A DNA stretch of 64,000 nt from IMG/VR virus record IMGVR_UViG_3300045988_119396, one strand, 5' to 3'. A model generated the notes under the pieces. It saw only the letters and a program-made list of their open reading frames with translations. It was not told the DNA's origin and did no database searches. Origin of the DNA: a virus. Made by a program: the position numbers and the translations under genes. This document shows positions 45,934-59,400 of the stretch, one piece after another (the first letter of the stretch is position 1; each line of letters opens with the position of its first letter).

Positions 45934-48108
45934 TTAATATTCGTATTCAATTTTGAAACCAATACTATCTGTCTTAGCTTCACCTTCGTCAAACACGTCA
46001 TCAGCATTTAAGGCTTTTCCATAAAGATTGTTAAAGTGAATACCACCGATTGATAGTGTATCATGGTCTTGACTATCTTGTAACCAGTTCCATAAATCAG
46101 TCCAATTATTTAACGTATCTCTTATGGTTTTAATAGTTTTATCATTATTCCTATCTTCTTGATTTGTTGGAACTGATAAATACCCACCTAATTCTAATAT
46201 CTTTGTAGGAAACATAGACCATAAATTGCCTTCACCATGCAATCCTTCGAACATCTTCTTGATACCGTCTTTACCAACTAACTTCCAAATTGTTGCAGCC
46301 AATAAGAAAGCACTGGTATAATCTTCTGAAACAGCGATGGTTTGTGAACCATTCTTTTGCCCCCATGCACCTTTTAATTGTAATTCAGCTCTATCTACTA
46401 AAGCCTTTTTCTTTTGTGCAAAGCTATCGTAATTTAATGATTGATAACGTTCACGTCCACCATGGATAAATTCAGCAAAGCCTTCTTTAAACCATGGTGG
46501 CATATCTGTAGTTTTATCAAAACCATAGTAGTCATTGCAAACGCCATGAAACATTTCATGGGCTAAGACTCTATCTAAATAGTCCCCACGAGAACGATTA
46601 GGCACTTCACCATTTTGGCTATTCTTAATAATGTTTCTGAAATCTCGTATATCAATAGCGAGTGTTTGCACTTTAGTAGTTGGATATCCTTGGACATAAG
46701 CCTGTTCGCCACCCTCTTCTTCCGAAAAGAAACGAACACGAATAATATTCTTGCCAGAACCACTGATACCATAACAATCTTTGATACGTTGTTCGCCAAG
46801 TGATAACCAACCCAACTTATCAATACCATTCTTGATTGTCTTAACAAATGGTGACTCAACATCTCCATAAGAAGTACGTACATAGTGTAATTTGTGTGTA
46901 TTGATGGTCATAATACCATCTACACCGAAATCAATACCTATCTTATCAATAATGTATCTGTTCTTTTCTTTGGTTACTGGATTAATAATAGTAATAATAT
47001 CCTTGCCATTTAACACATAAATAGGAACTGTTGTTATATCACATGTTTCTTGTAAATGAGCTGTTTGCCATAAATGATACTTAGCTTCTGATACACATTG
47101 AATATCATCACTTAAATCATTGTTTTTCACAACTTTAGTTCTCATACCAATAGCGTCAATATTGTAAGGAACACTAGGGTCGGTCAAACCAACTTCTGCA
47201 TAAGGAGTATATCTCGTCTTAGATGACGTACCACCAAATACAACAATGTGATTATACAAACCTTTGAAGTTGTAGTCTTCTGAAAATGAAACCATTAAAT
47301 CCGACCTATCCACACCTGTCGGGTCAAAGTCCCATTTAGCTGGTGTAACTTCATCTTCCTTTTGCACATCAATCTTAGTAAATTCAAACTCACCACGTAC
47401 ATTAAAACCACAAGTGTAATCCATGTACATATCACGTAAATCTGTAATTATATCAAGTTTATTCGTTCCAATTTCCTTAATATAATCGTATTGAACTACT
47501 TCTTGTTCTGAACTTTCGTGCATTTTACCAAAGACTGTTTCGCCCATTTCTTCCATAACAGAACGAATAGCACTATCAATTTTTTGCCCTCTAGGTATCT
47601 TTACACGATATGCTGTCGTAGCATTTTCATACAATGACATCTTATCTTCTAAAGTAAAGGTAATTGTACTATTTGTAGTGTTAATACTTAGATTTTCATT
47701 TGTGATAACGAATGTACCTAATAGGAAGTTGATAGGTTCTTTATTATAAGACCCCATATCAATAATGCTTTGATACAACTTAAATTGCTTATCAAACCAT
47801 GCTATGCCTCCAGATTTAGGTAAGTAATCTTTATCAACTGCCAATGTAAGTGAACCTGTACGTCTAGTAAGCGATGTTGCGTCTATTGAGATATTACCAG
47901 ATATAGTCTTGCCTTCGATTGTTTGATATACAGACCCATCACGATTGATAACCTGTATAACTGTATCAATATTTCTAATTGGTTGTCTTAGAACTTCACC
48001 AATTCTACTATCTGGTTTCACACTTAAATCACTAATGATATTAGGTAGAACGTGGTTATTACTACCTTTCATTAATTCTGCGTCTGTAAAATCCTCTGTA
48101 AAATCCAA
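45934..48108 (-). CDS. tail-associated protein (Tal-like) with HEMFH zinc-metallopeptidase motif
   Basis: HEMFHG...EGFAEF (HExxH...E) in C-terminal half; 724 aa after Dit-like gene. Confidence 0.5.
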   Translation of the reverse strand: MDFTEDFTDAELMKGSNNHVLPNIISDLSVKPDSRIGEVLRQPIRNIDTVIQVINRDGSVYQTIEGKTISGNISIDATSLTRRTGSLTLAVDKDYLPKSGGIAWFDKQFKLYQSIIDMGSYNKEPINFLLGTFVITNENLSINTTNSTITFTLEDKMSLYENATTAYRVKIPRGQKIDSAIRSVMEEMGETVFGKMHESSEQEVVQYDYIKEIGTNKLDIITDLRDMYMDYTCGFNVRGEFEFTKIDVQKEDEVTPAKWDFDPTGVDRSDLMVSFSEDYNFKGLYNHIVVFGGTSSKTRYTPYAEVGLTDPSVPYNIDAIGMRTKVVKNNDLSDDIQCVSEAKYHLWQTAHLQETCDITTVPIYVLNGKDIITIINPVTKEKNRYIIDKIGIDFGVDGIMTINTHKLHYVRTSYGDVESPFVKTIKNGIDKLGWLSLGEQRIKDCYGISGSGKNIIRVRFFSEEEGGEQAYVQGYPTTKVQTLAIDIRDFRNIIKNSQNGEVPNRSRGDYLDRVLAHEMFHGVCNDYYGFDKTTDMPPWFKEGFAEFIHGGRERYQSLNYDSFAQKKKALVDRAELQLKGAWGQKNGSQTIAVSEDYTSAFLLAATIWKLVGKDGIKKMFEGLHGEGNLWSMFPTKILELGGYLSVPTNQEDRNNDKTIKTIRDTLNNWTDLWNWLQDSQDHDTLSIGGIHFNNLYGKALNADDVFDEGEAKTDSIGFKIEYEY

Positions 48109-48122
48109 TAACTTACACCACC

Positions 48123-49142
48123 TTAAATATCATTTAAAACCTTTTGAGCGTTTCTACTCTTATTAACATCTTTAATCAAGTTTGTATCGTCAAAGATGAT
48201 TTCGCCATGTTCATCATAAGTAAAATTAGATAAACCAGCTGTTGCAATTAAACAAGATTTTTCCATTGTGTTGTAATCTAATTTACCTACTTCTGTGAAT
48301 GAGAATGTAACATTAGATAATTCATCAAAGCTATCTGACAATGGTTGTAAGTTAATATCATTTGTAGCAACCGCCATGATATCGCCATCATCACGTCTAA
48401 TAACCTTAATCTTACCATTGTTTAAGAACTCAATAATCTGATTTCTATTTCTCAATTCTTCTTTTGTATCTAGACTGTTTCTCAAACCTAATTCTTGTTG
48501 CTTTGTTAATGGGAGAAATGTTGCTGTACCAGAACGGTAATTTTGACCCCCTTGTGTTACGATAGGAAATTGTCCAGAAAGAGTTGTTTGAATGCTTGTG
48601 TTTTTGTTATATTTTAAATCACCAAATCTAAAGTTCAAATTCATCGCATAGTTGTGTTGTAGGTCTGATATAAAATTACCCTTAAATACTGCTGCGATTG
48701 GTTCTGACGTAACCTTGTCCCCTTTAATATCCTTAGCCAAAGGAACAATAGCATATTGATATGTTTTACCATTTTGAATAAATCTATCTGTGATTGTATA
48801 AGTGTTGTAATCTTGGTCGTAATCCCATTGAGCAATAAGTGTCCAATCATTATCAACAGCCTTATATTCACGTCTATAACATTGGAGTTTAACTACTTTA
48901 TGCCCGCCACCATGAATCGAACCAGCTTCCAAGCTACCATTAAACTTTGCGTCCATGATAGTTTTGAGTTGCCAGCCAGTTGGTTTTTCATTTGTGGAAT
49001 TAATGCTGGTATCAAGGGACACAAACACTTCGTCATACATTCCTTCTCCAAGCCACACTTCGTCAAGTTCGTCTGTTGGGATTGCTGTGTCATAAACTAC
49101 TCCCTCCATTCCATGTCCAAAAAACGTATGTCCTATTATCAT
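48123..49142 (-). CDS. tail/baseplate protein
   Basis: Track ORF in tail module. Confidence 0.45.
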   Translation of the reverse strand: MIIGHTFFGHGMEGVVYDTAIPTDELDEVWLGEGMYDEVFVSLDTSINSTNEKPTGWQLKTIMDAKFNGSLEAGSIHGGGHKVVKLQCYRREYKAVDNDWTLIAQWDYDQDYNTYTITDRFIQNGKTYQYAIVPLAKDIKGDKVTSEPIAAVFKGNFISDLQHNYAMNLNFRFGDLKYNKNTSIQTTLSGQFPIVTQGGQNYRSGTATFLPLTKQQELGLRNSLDTKEELRNRNQIIEFLNNGKIKVIRRDDGDIMAVATNDINLQPLSDSFDELSNVTFSFTEVGKLDYNTMEKSCLIATAGLSNFTYDEHGEIIFDDTNLIKDVNKSRNAQKVLNDI

Positions 49143-49146
49143 CTAC

Positions 49147-50298
49147 TTAACCTCCATAACCTATCTTTTCAATTATCATCTGCACCCTATATTCTGTTAC
49201 TTTGATATAGAGATAGAATGGTTGTTGACCTAAGCCTTGAACGACATTAGACCTAGCACGCGATTTAACTCTACCGAAAGTCTTTTCCATAGTAATGTAA
49301 TCATCATGCTTAACAAAATTGATTTGCACCCCTGTACCAGTTGGGTTCTTCTCATCTGTTTTTGTAGAGAATTGGAGGAATAAACCATTGTCTACCCCAG
49401 CACACCATAATTTAGCTATAAAATCACTTGCTTTAGCCATACCCAAACGAGTAAACATCAATGGGTTATCCTTTGGAATTATGACATAATGAGCGTCTTT
49501 TTGACCGCTTGGACTCCAATAATCATAGTGATAATCACTATCAGTAGCACGATTAGGAATATAAGGTTTAGCTGGTGTACCTAAGATTTGTTTCAAGAAC
49601 GCATGAATTTGTATTTGCCCTTCATCTTCATTCAATTCTGGTTGTACAACTGAATTAAGTGTAGGGATAACATATTGTGGGACAAATTCCTTACCTTGAC
49701 TTTCCCAGACCATACCATGCTTTGTAGTTACTCTAACTATTGCATAGTACAATCTACCCTTTTGCAAGCCTTTAATGTGTTCTGAAAATCTGAATGGGTC
49801 ATCTGCTGTTGGAATACGTACTGGGTACTCTTGAATGTTAACATGGTTATAGTCTTGTAAGATAAATTGGTACGTTTCCACCTTTTCTGATTGTTCTTGT
49901 GAATACAATACACTTAACATCATTTCATTTGTATAGACATACTTGCTATTACCAATTTGTTCAAAATAGAAGTTTGGTCTAGCCAAACACATAAATTTTA
50001 TTTCAGCAGACCATTCAGTCCATGTTCCATCATCTAATTGGACACGAACCTTAGCTAAATAACTCAAACCATTCTTCAAAGCGTTTCTAGGAACAACATG
50101 AACCTTGTCAAAACTTGTTCTAGTTTCTGTATAGACTGGCGATGAGTTAGGTTCATCTGGACGGATAGATACTTGATTGACTGTCGAACGTTCTGTACCT
50201 AGATACATATAAGTCAATGTATGTTCTTCGGTAGCGTCAAAGTTCGACACCATATTTAAAATTGGTTGTGTCAAATTTAATATCATTCCTTTCTTCAA
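49147..50298 (-). CDS. distal tail protein (Dit-like) candidate
   Basis: Lies immediately downstream of the tape measure gene, the canonical Dit position. Confidence 0.4.
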   Translation of the reverse strand: MKKGMILNLTQPILNMVSNFDATEEHTLTYMYLGTERSTVNQVSIRPDEPNSSPVYTETRTSFDKVHVVPRNALKNGLSYLAKVRVQLDDGTWTEWSAEIKFMCLARPNFYFEQIGNSKYVYTNEMMLSVLYSQEQSEKVETYQFILQDYNHVNIQEYPVRIPTADDPFRFSEHIKGLQKGRLYYAIVRVTTKHGMVWESQGKEFVPQYVIPTLNSVVQPELNEDEGQIQIHAFLKQILGTPAKPYIPNRATDSDYHYDYWSPSGQKDAHYVIIPKDNPLMFTRLGMAKASDFIAKLWCAGVDNGLFLQFSTKTDEKNPTGTGVQINFVKHDDYITMEKTFGRVKSRARSNVVQGLGQQPFYLYIKVTEYRVQMIIEKIGYGG

Positions 50299-50428
50299 AA
50301 TTTTGATTTTTATAAAATCCGTATTTTATATTGCAAAAATATCAATTTACTTGTTTGCAATTATCAAAATACTTATTATATGTACTCCCATATCCCCACC
50401 TTTTACAGTAGAGATATGAGCCGACTAA

Positions 50429-53400
50429 TTATAATGATTTAGATTGGACTTGTTGCTTAGCAATCTGTGGTAAGTTCTTAATAGCTTCTTCAAATCCTGT
50501 TGGGTCTGTTACATTAGGGAACTCTAATGTTTGATGTTGAATAACCATAGACAATGTTTGTGTTGGTGCATTAGGTATTCTTGGTGAAAGGTTAGGGTCT
50601 AATTTAAGAGCGTCCCTTAATTGTTGACCGAACATTTCACTGATTTCCTTACCAACTACTTTGAATTGGTCTGTGAACCCTTGTAAGATTTCTTGATAAC
50701 CTGTTAAGCTACCAACAGCCTTAGAGTCACCATATTTACCTAAGATGTCCTTGTTTCTATTCACATAATCAGTATATTGTTGGATAATGTTTTCAAGCTG
50801 TCCAGCGTTGTATTCTGGAATATCATCTAAAATACCAACACCATAAGCGTCTTGTAATTGTTGTAGTCGTGTCTTGACTTCATCAATATTCAATTCGCCT
50901 GTCTTTGCACCGTCAATTACTTTTTCAACAGCGTCAACAAATTGTGACTTCATCTGTTTCTTGTAATCTTCCATGTCTACTTTAGCTTGTGTTAAGTTTT
51001 CTCGTGCTGTATCAACATCATCTTGGTTGGCCATGTAAGTCCAATTAAACTTACCGTCTTCACCTTGTGTTAATACCTTAGTATCACGTTTACCTAACGT
51101 ATTATCCAAAGCCTGTTGTGCATTTAACACATCTATTTGTTTATCTACGTAATCAGCCTGTATCTTAGACATTCTTGATTGAGCGTCCAAAGCCTCGATA
51201 CGTTTCTTCACAACTTCATTTTCTAACTCAATAGACTTTTGTCTTAATTGTTCTAGTTTAAGTTGCTTAGATACACCATCAATCCAGATGTCGTCTTCAA
51301 ATTTAGTTCTATCAGCAGTACGTCCACCATTGATAGATTTTTCAAATTCCTTAGATGTAGCCTCCATTGTGTTTTCAAATTGTGAACGTGAAGCCTCCAA
51401 TAAATCAGCAATAGATTGATTTACTTTTGAGTCCATTTCATCAATTTGTTTTTGTAATGTGTTCCATTCAAATGAGTTTACATCATATCCAGATTGTTGT
51501 TCTCTTAGCTTATTAGCTAATGCAATATAAGTGTTGTATTGCTTTTCAATAGTCTTGTATTGTTGCTCTAACAACTTAGCTTGAGTTGCTGGTTGCATTT
51601 GTAAGGTCTTAGCTAATGTCACTAAGTTGCTTACTGTATCTGTAACCTTTTGATATTTATCTAATTGGTCTTGGATAAGTGTATTTTCATAGTCAAATCT
51701 TTCCTTGATAATATCTTTAATATTGTTTTGAGCGTCAATGTTATCTTTTTCATATTGTGCAATACTTTCTTTTAATGTTTGACGTTGTTCTGTCGTTAAA
51801 TCTTCTGTCTTGAGTTTCTTTTGCATATCATCAATAGCTTGCAAATTACTATTAATAATTTGTTGATATAACTCACGTTGCATATCCATTTGTTGAACGA
51901 CAAACTTCTGATTAATTCTTGAACGTTGCTCATCATTTGCAGCAGCCTTAAGTTGCTTATTGTATTCTTCACGCAATTTAACTAACTCATCTTGGTATTT
52001 AACCATTGCTTTGGTATATTCAACGCTACGTTGACCTCCACCAATAGTAATATCATTTAAGTTAGCTTGACCTGTTGGTGTTGCGTAAGTAGCAAACTGT
52101 GTATTGATTTCACCTACATACCCTTTAGCATAATCTTTTGCAAGGTTAAGCATTTGAGCATATTTGTTTTGTTCAACTCTTAATTGAGCTGCAGCAACAT
52201 CATTTTGTCTATCAACATTTTTCTTTGCGAAAGCGTCCATAGCACTATCTAATTGCTTTTCTAAATCAATACGTTGTTGTATTTGTCTTGATAAAGCAGA
52301 TTGTTGTTCAAAATCAGTAACAGATAGATTAGAACTCAATAAATCGTCAAATGTCGTACCACTTAACAATCCATCTTGCAACTGTTGTACATTAGATTTC
52401 AAACGGTCAATATTGTTATTAATCGTATCGGTAAACTTAGTCAAGTTTCCTGTGTATTGGTCGATTTCTGCTTGTTTCATATTGTTTTGTAATTCCAATA
52501 CGCTATCAGCAGTATCTAAGATGGTTTGTCTTAAATCATTTAAGCTATCTTCAATTTTTTCTGCCTGTTCCTTCTTTGAGAATGTCATAGCAGATAGTTT
52601 ATTGAATTGACCTATTAATTTTTCCAAACCAGCTGATTGTTCATTAATTTCCTTTGCACTGAAACCTAACTTCATAGCGTAATCTTTTTCACTCAATGAG
52701 TCGATTACTCTATCTGCCAAATTCTTGGAGTATTCAACTGAACGTTTCACCATTTCCAATTCACGTTGAGCCTTTTCAATAGCTTGTGACTCAATTTCTT
52801 CTTGGTAATCTTGGATATTCTTATTTTGTTGCCAAATATCTGTATTTAATTCATCTATCTTCTTAGTTACATCAGATAAGTTTTGATATACATTTTGGTA
52901 GGTACTTAACAACTCATCAACCTTACTTGCTTGGTCGCCCTTGAAATTCTTAGCGATATCCAAGTTGGTGATTTGGTTACCATTAGTACGGAAACCATAT
53001 CCACGTAACTTACCCATGACATCATTTAATTGGTTTTGGTATGCCCCACGCATTTCTTCTTGATATGCTAATTGTTTTCTATCTACATCAATTTTTTGAC
53101 GTGCGATATTAATCAATTTGTTCATATCTTCATCAGCTTGCGTTACAGCATTCTCCAATTTAGACGCTTGTTCATCTAGTGGTAAACCTTTGTAGAGTTC
53201 CTTACCCATGTATCTCCAGTATTCTTCATTTACCTTTGTATCATCAGCCTCAGAATAATCTCTAACTCCCATATTAGCAGCAGTACCATTTATAACACTT
53301 ACTACATCTGGGTTATCAGTAGCTACAGACATTGAACGGAATGCGTTAGGACTTACAGCATAAGAAGCGTCAACTCCACGTCCCAATATGCCAAGTGAAC

Positions 53401-56400
53401 CATTAATGGCAACAGAAGGTGCTTTCTTTGTAACAGTAACCGTTTCAGATTTCGTAACACTAATTGATACACTCTTTTCTGATGGAATACTATTAACAGC
53501 ATTAGCTACATTTGTCGCTGCGGCTGCAGCTGCCTCTGCACCAGTAACACTAATAACCGTATCGTGGTTTGGTGGAATTGAGTCAATCGCACTCTTAACG
53601 GTATCAATTACAGAACTTGCTTGGTCGTCAGCAGTGATGGTTACTTCTGCTTTAAGTCCTTGTACCGAACTTTGAATGCTAGATATTGTTGAGGCTGTAT
53701 CATCTTTGGCTGTAATGCTAATTTGTGCCTTAACACCAGTGATTTTACTCTTGATACCCGAAATTGTATCACCAGTCTTATCTTCTGCAGTAATAGGTAT
53801 CTTAGCTTTGATATTTTGAACCTTAGATTTAATCTTGCTTATACCATCACCAGTTTTGTCTTCGGCAGTAACAGGTATCTTTATCTTTTGCCCCTTACCT
53901 TTGGACTTAATCTTATCCATCGTACCTTTAGTTTTATCTTCACCTTTGATAGGGACTTTGATATTTGCTTTTTTGCCTTTAGACTTAATTTTGCTAAGCG
54001 TATCCTTAGTTTTATCCTCGCCTTTAATAGGTACTTTGATATTAGACTTTTTACCCTTAGACTTAATTTTATTAAGTGTATCTTTGGTTTTGTCTTCACC
54101 CTTGATAGGGACTTTGATAGCCTTTCGTTTACTGTTAGATTTAGCCTTGCTTGGTGAAGACTTGGAACTAGCTTTACTACTCCTTTTCTTAGCTGCTTGT
54201 GCCTCAATCTTAGCCTCTTCATTTAATTTCTTAGCTAAATTACGCTTTTCTTTAGCAGATAACTTACCATCATTGTTCTTGTCGGCTGCTTTGTACTTCT
54301 TGGCAAGCCTTGCCATTTCTTTCTGTCTAGCTTGGAGATTACGCTTTTCTTTAGCTGTTAGTCTACCACCTTTTGAGTCGCTAAGTTTACGCTTTTTGCC
54401 ATTTTCATCTGAGTAATCTTTCTTCTTGTTAGATTTATTTGACTTATTGGATTTGCTAGATTTTGTATCTTTTCTGTCTTCTTTTTTCTTGTTCTTTTTA
54501 TTCTCAGATTGTCTACCCTTGTTTTCAGCGTCAGCTTTCTTCTTACCTAATTCTTCATATTTCTTTTGTTCCGCTTTACTTAGCTTACCGTCACCGTTCT
54601 TATCAGCTTTATTGAAGTTCTTAACAGCTTTTTGATAATTGTCATAGGCTGTCCTATCGTCCTTCTTTAATTGTGCTAACTGTTTCTTAGTCAGGGATGA
54701 ATATTGCCCATTCTTCATGGCTTTGAGTGCCTTATTGGCAGCTTGCATACTCTTAGTATTCTTTAATTTATCAGCTTCCACTGTTGGAATTATGCCTGGT
54801 GCTGTAATTTTGTCGTTTTTCTTACCGTTCTTACTACCCTTGCCGCCTTTGCCAGACTTACTTTTTAACAGTTTTTCAAGTTGCTTATTACTCTTGATAC
54901 TATCTACATAATCTTCTGCGTCCCCAGAGTCATCACCAAATGCTTGGCTATGTGCGATATCTTCTTGCACTTTCTTCTTAGCTTGTTTCAGGGTCATACC
55001 ATTCTTCATATTAGCTTGAATGGATTTTGCAACAGATTGCTGGTCTTTCTTCCCTTTAAACTTGCCATTGCTACCACGCCTAATCATAGCGTCATTAGCT
55101 TTGGTTACAGCTCTATCTTGCTGTGTATTACCATTTGCGTCAAAATATCCGTCAGCATTTGTCGCAGCTACCAATGCGTCTTTTTGGTTTTTCGATAAAC
55201 TTTGGTCGTTTTGAATTGCGTCAACAGTGCCTTTTTTACCTTGTGTAGCAATCATTTGCCCCAAAGCACTGATGGCATTTTTGTTAAGGTTAAAGTTATT
55301 CTTAGAACTCAGCTTGCCGTTTCTCCCACCATGCTGTCTAAGATGACTTAATGCACCCATTGCTTGAAGTTGTTGTTGTCCACTAGCAGAACCTTCACCC
55401 AATGAAGTGATTAATCCAGGCAAGTCGGACGCACCAAACACATTCTCTAATTGACCTAATTGTTTTAGGTTCATACTACCATCAGTATTAGTTTTAAAAC
55501 CTAAATCACGTAGTCTGTCACCAGCAGAACCCTTCTTGAAGCCATAAACACCATTACGCTTACCATAGCCTTTGTTAAGCTCGGAGTTAATAGTAGCAAT
55601 AGCGTTAGTATCAACCATTCCATCTTCGGTAGTTATACCACGCAAGATTTGGTTGTCAGGGTTCCTCTTAGCCCATGCGTCAATTTGCTTTTGTTGTTGT
55701 ATCATGGCTTTAGCCCATCTATCACCATATTGCACACGATACTTAGCTCCAACACCTAATGCGTTCATACCAACATTACCGAATGTCGACATTTCACGAA
55801 TGTAATCAGCGTTAGAACCACTAAATCCATTTACAATTTTATCTTGAACCTTACCAGTAATACCAGTGCCAGTTAAAATATCACGTAGTTTTTGTTTTCT
55901 ATCATCAACCAACTTGCCACTTTGTGTTTGTAGGTTATTGATAGCCTCTCTTTGTTCGGCTGTAATTTCACCGTTTTGAAGCTTGATATTAGATAATACT
56001 CCACCTTGTTTAGACAAGTATTCTTGTTGTTGTCTTGTAAGGTCTTTGCCTTCACTCAAACGCTTATTGATGTCATCTAACGTGTTCTTTTGTTGTACCC
56101 AGTAACGAAGATTACGCCCCTCAGCAACAGTAGCTTGTTGTCCAAAATCAACACCCAGACTCTTATAATCGTCTTTTTCAAAAGCCCCGCTATTGATAAC
56201 TTTTGCTAAAGAACTCAAACGACTGGCGGTAGCTTTATTAGCTGCGTCAACAGCTTGTATCATCTTTCTACCATCTGACGAGTCCCATATCTTTTCAGCG
56301 TCCTCACCAAATCTAAATGACCTATCTTGTAAACGCTTATTCTCTAAATTGGCATTAATTTTCTTTTGTACACGCTTGTACGCATAATCATTCTTATCTC

Positions 56401-59400
56401 TTCTACTTTGATACTCTCTTTCTTTTTCTATATCAGCGTCATAATCATAATAACCCTCACCATGTCTTCTAAATAGCTTATCCCAAAAAGTTCTTTTTTC
56501 GGTTGATTTCCATAAATCATTTAGTTTACTTTGGCTTGTTATTTTTTCTGCTTCACGAACTTGAGTATTGTACTGATTTGCACCTTCGATAGCGTCATGA
56601 CGTTCTTTTATTTTAAGCTGGTCTTGGAATTGCTGTTGTGCGTCTTTCATAACTTCAACATTATTTACTTTTACACGAACCTTTAATCCCAAGTCTTTAG
56701 CTTTCTTATTAAAGTCCTTTTTAAAACTAGCAAAATCATCATCAGATAACTTATTGTTCAAGCCAGCATTAGTAGCATTTGTTGCACTATCATTCAACGC
56801 TTTGTTTAGGTCGCTAACTGTTTTCATTGCACTTGCAGCTTTACCATTGTACACAGAGTTCTTATCTAACTTTTTACTCATTGCGTCAATGGTCTTAACA
56901 TTTTTATCCAACGAAGCGTTAAAATCATCACTTGCGGCTTTAGCTGGATTTACAGCACGCATAAATTTCCCGATTGGGTCTAACCCCATCATTTGAGCAA
57001 TAGCTACGCTTAACGCACCAACGTCTAAGATAATACCGCCAATACCAAGTAAATCTCCAGCCATACTTGTAACGGTAGCAATCTTACCCATTCCACTAGC
57101 AATTTTAGAACCAGTTTTTGATAGTGTGCGGGCTTTTCGATTAGTAGTTTCAACTTCCTTACCCATTTCTTTGGTTGCGTCTGTTGCTTTGCCAACGTTT
57201 TGGGTTTCGTTCTCAAGTGCTTCTGCAGCTTTCTTACTTGCCTTAGACGTCTTATCTTTAGCCTCGGCAGATTTTTCTTCTTGTTTTACAGCCTCTTTTT
57301 TACTTTCAGTCTGTTTCTTAGTAGCTTTTTGTTCTTTGCCGCCATTTTCTTGTGCTTCTTTGGATTCATAAAACTTTCTCATAGCTTTAGCAAGCTCATC
57401 TTCTGGTGTTTCATCAGCCTTTGGTCTGCTTCTACCGTGTAGCTCATCAACTTTGTCGTCCCAATCATCTAACCAGTCATTTTTAGCTTGCCCACTTAAA
57501 AGATTAGTTAATTTTTCCCACTTAGCAGCAGTGACATCTCTAGCAGCGTCAGCTAAACCAGATAATGCTTTATGAAGTCCACTAATACCAGCAATAGCAC
57601 CAGTGAACATTGCAGCACCTCTAAATATCTTATTATTAGCTAAGCTATCAAGCACATTAACAACAGAAGTACCAGTATCAACAATCTTATTTAAGCCTTC
57701 ACGTCCACCAACAACATCATTTAACATTTGTGTCCATGAGTTCTTTAATGTAGCTAGATGAAATTGAACAGATTGTTGTTGTTTCTCAAATTCTTGGAAA
57801 GCAGAACCATGGTCTTTATCAACAAGATTTACTTGTCCTTGTGACTCACGCATAGCTTTTTGTACTGTCTTCCAGTTTTCTAACATACCAGTAAATTGAT
57901 TAGAATGTTCCTTACCAGCAGCGTATAAAGCAGCGTCAGATTTTTGTTGTTTACTTAACTTGCCCCATACCTTAGATAAATCATTCATGATTTGGTATGT
58001 AGACTTCATCTTCCCATCAGATGTCTTTAAATCGACACCTAATCCATGGAAGAAATCAGAACGTCTCTTATCCGTTGCTGTAACACCAGAACTCATCTTA
58101 GAGAAGTTGAGCGAGATTGCCTTGATAGAACGTCCAATAACATCACCACCAGCACGAGTAGCTTCTTGAGCACCAGTAATCATACCAGTCAACTGACTAA
58201 ATGTAGTACCTGTACTTGCCACAACAGAACTAGCTTTAGAATACGCTTGACCCAAATCTTCCATTTCAATAGCGTTCTTGTTAGAAACTTGGTTCATACT
58301 ATTGATAATATCTTTAGATTTAAGTCCTTCTTTTCTAAATGAGTTCAATGGAACAGCCATGTACTTAACCATATCATTAACGTCTACGTTACCAACGAAA
58401 GAACCCATAACAGAGTCTTTAGCCAAACTAATAGATTGTTTTAATGATTTACCAGTCGTAATCCATTGTTCAACAGCGTTAGCATATTCTGGTGCTGTCT
58501 TACCTACCGCACTGGCATTCTTGTAAATTGATTTAGTAAATGCGTCTATATCTTTTTGTGGTGCATTGGCGACCTTAGTAACACGAGTAATAGCAGCGTC
58601 AACTTCACTTAATGCAGAAACAGCACTAGCAACAGCATAAGCACCTTGTTGTGCCATGTTGTAAACGTCCATTGTCGCATTGAACCCAATACGAGTTTTA
58701 CGTTGTTTTCTTGACTGTATTCTGGTTGTACCCAATTCTTCCGACAAGGCATTAACTCTACGGTCATGAGCGTCACTATTTAAACCATTATCACGTATTT
58801 GTTTACGGATTAAGGCTTCTTTTTCACGTTCATCAGCTAACTGCCTACGTGTAGTACGCTTAGCAGCCGTATCAGTAACCCTAGCCAATTCTTTTTCGAG
58901 AGATATTTGACGTTTGATACTACCTTCTAATGATTGGTACGCTGCCTCTCTAGCACGTACCTTGGCAGTAATAGTACCGTCTGCTCTAGCTGATTGAATT
59001 TCAGAACTATTACCGTTTTGGCGATGTTTCATTTGTTCAACAAGGTCTGGGTTGTATTTATCAACCTTTTCAGCTAACTCATTAAACTCATCTTGCTTGT
59101 GTCTGATTTCACGCTCTAAAGCAGCTTTTTTATCTTCCTCACGAGCTGTTTGTTGTTTTTCTTTTTCAAGTTGGTCTAACCTAACTCTTTCTTGTTTAAG
59201 TTTAACCAAACGTTCGCCAGATTTAACCAATTCTTTTTCAGCACTTGATTGTTCTTTAAGCAACTGCGTTTGAGCTTCTAATTGAGCTTTTTGTATAGCA
59301 TTATTTTCTGTAACAAGTTTTTGAGCTGCACCTATTTTTGAATATTCTTCGGTTTGAGCCCTCATAGTAGCATACTTTTCTTTTAACGCAGCTAAAGCCC

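Noticed and set aside
53690-54130. Mobile repeat or CRISPR-like array within TMP
   Set aside because: The repeats are in-frame coding repeats (26-aa units) of the tape-measure protein.
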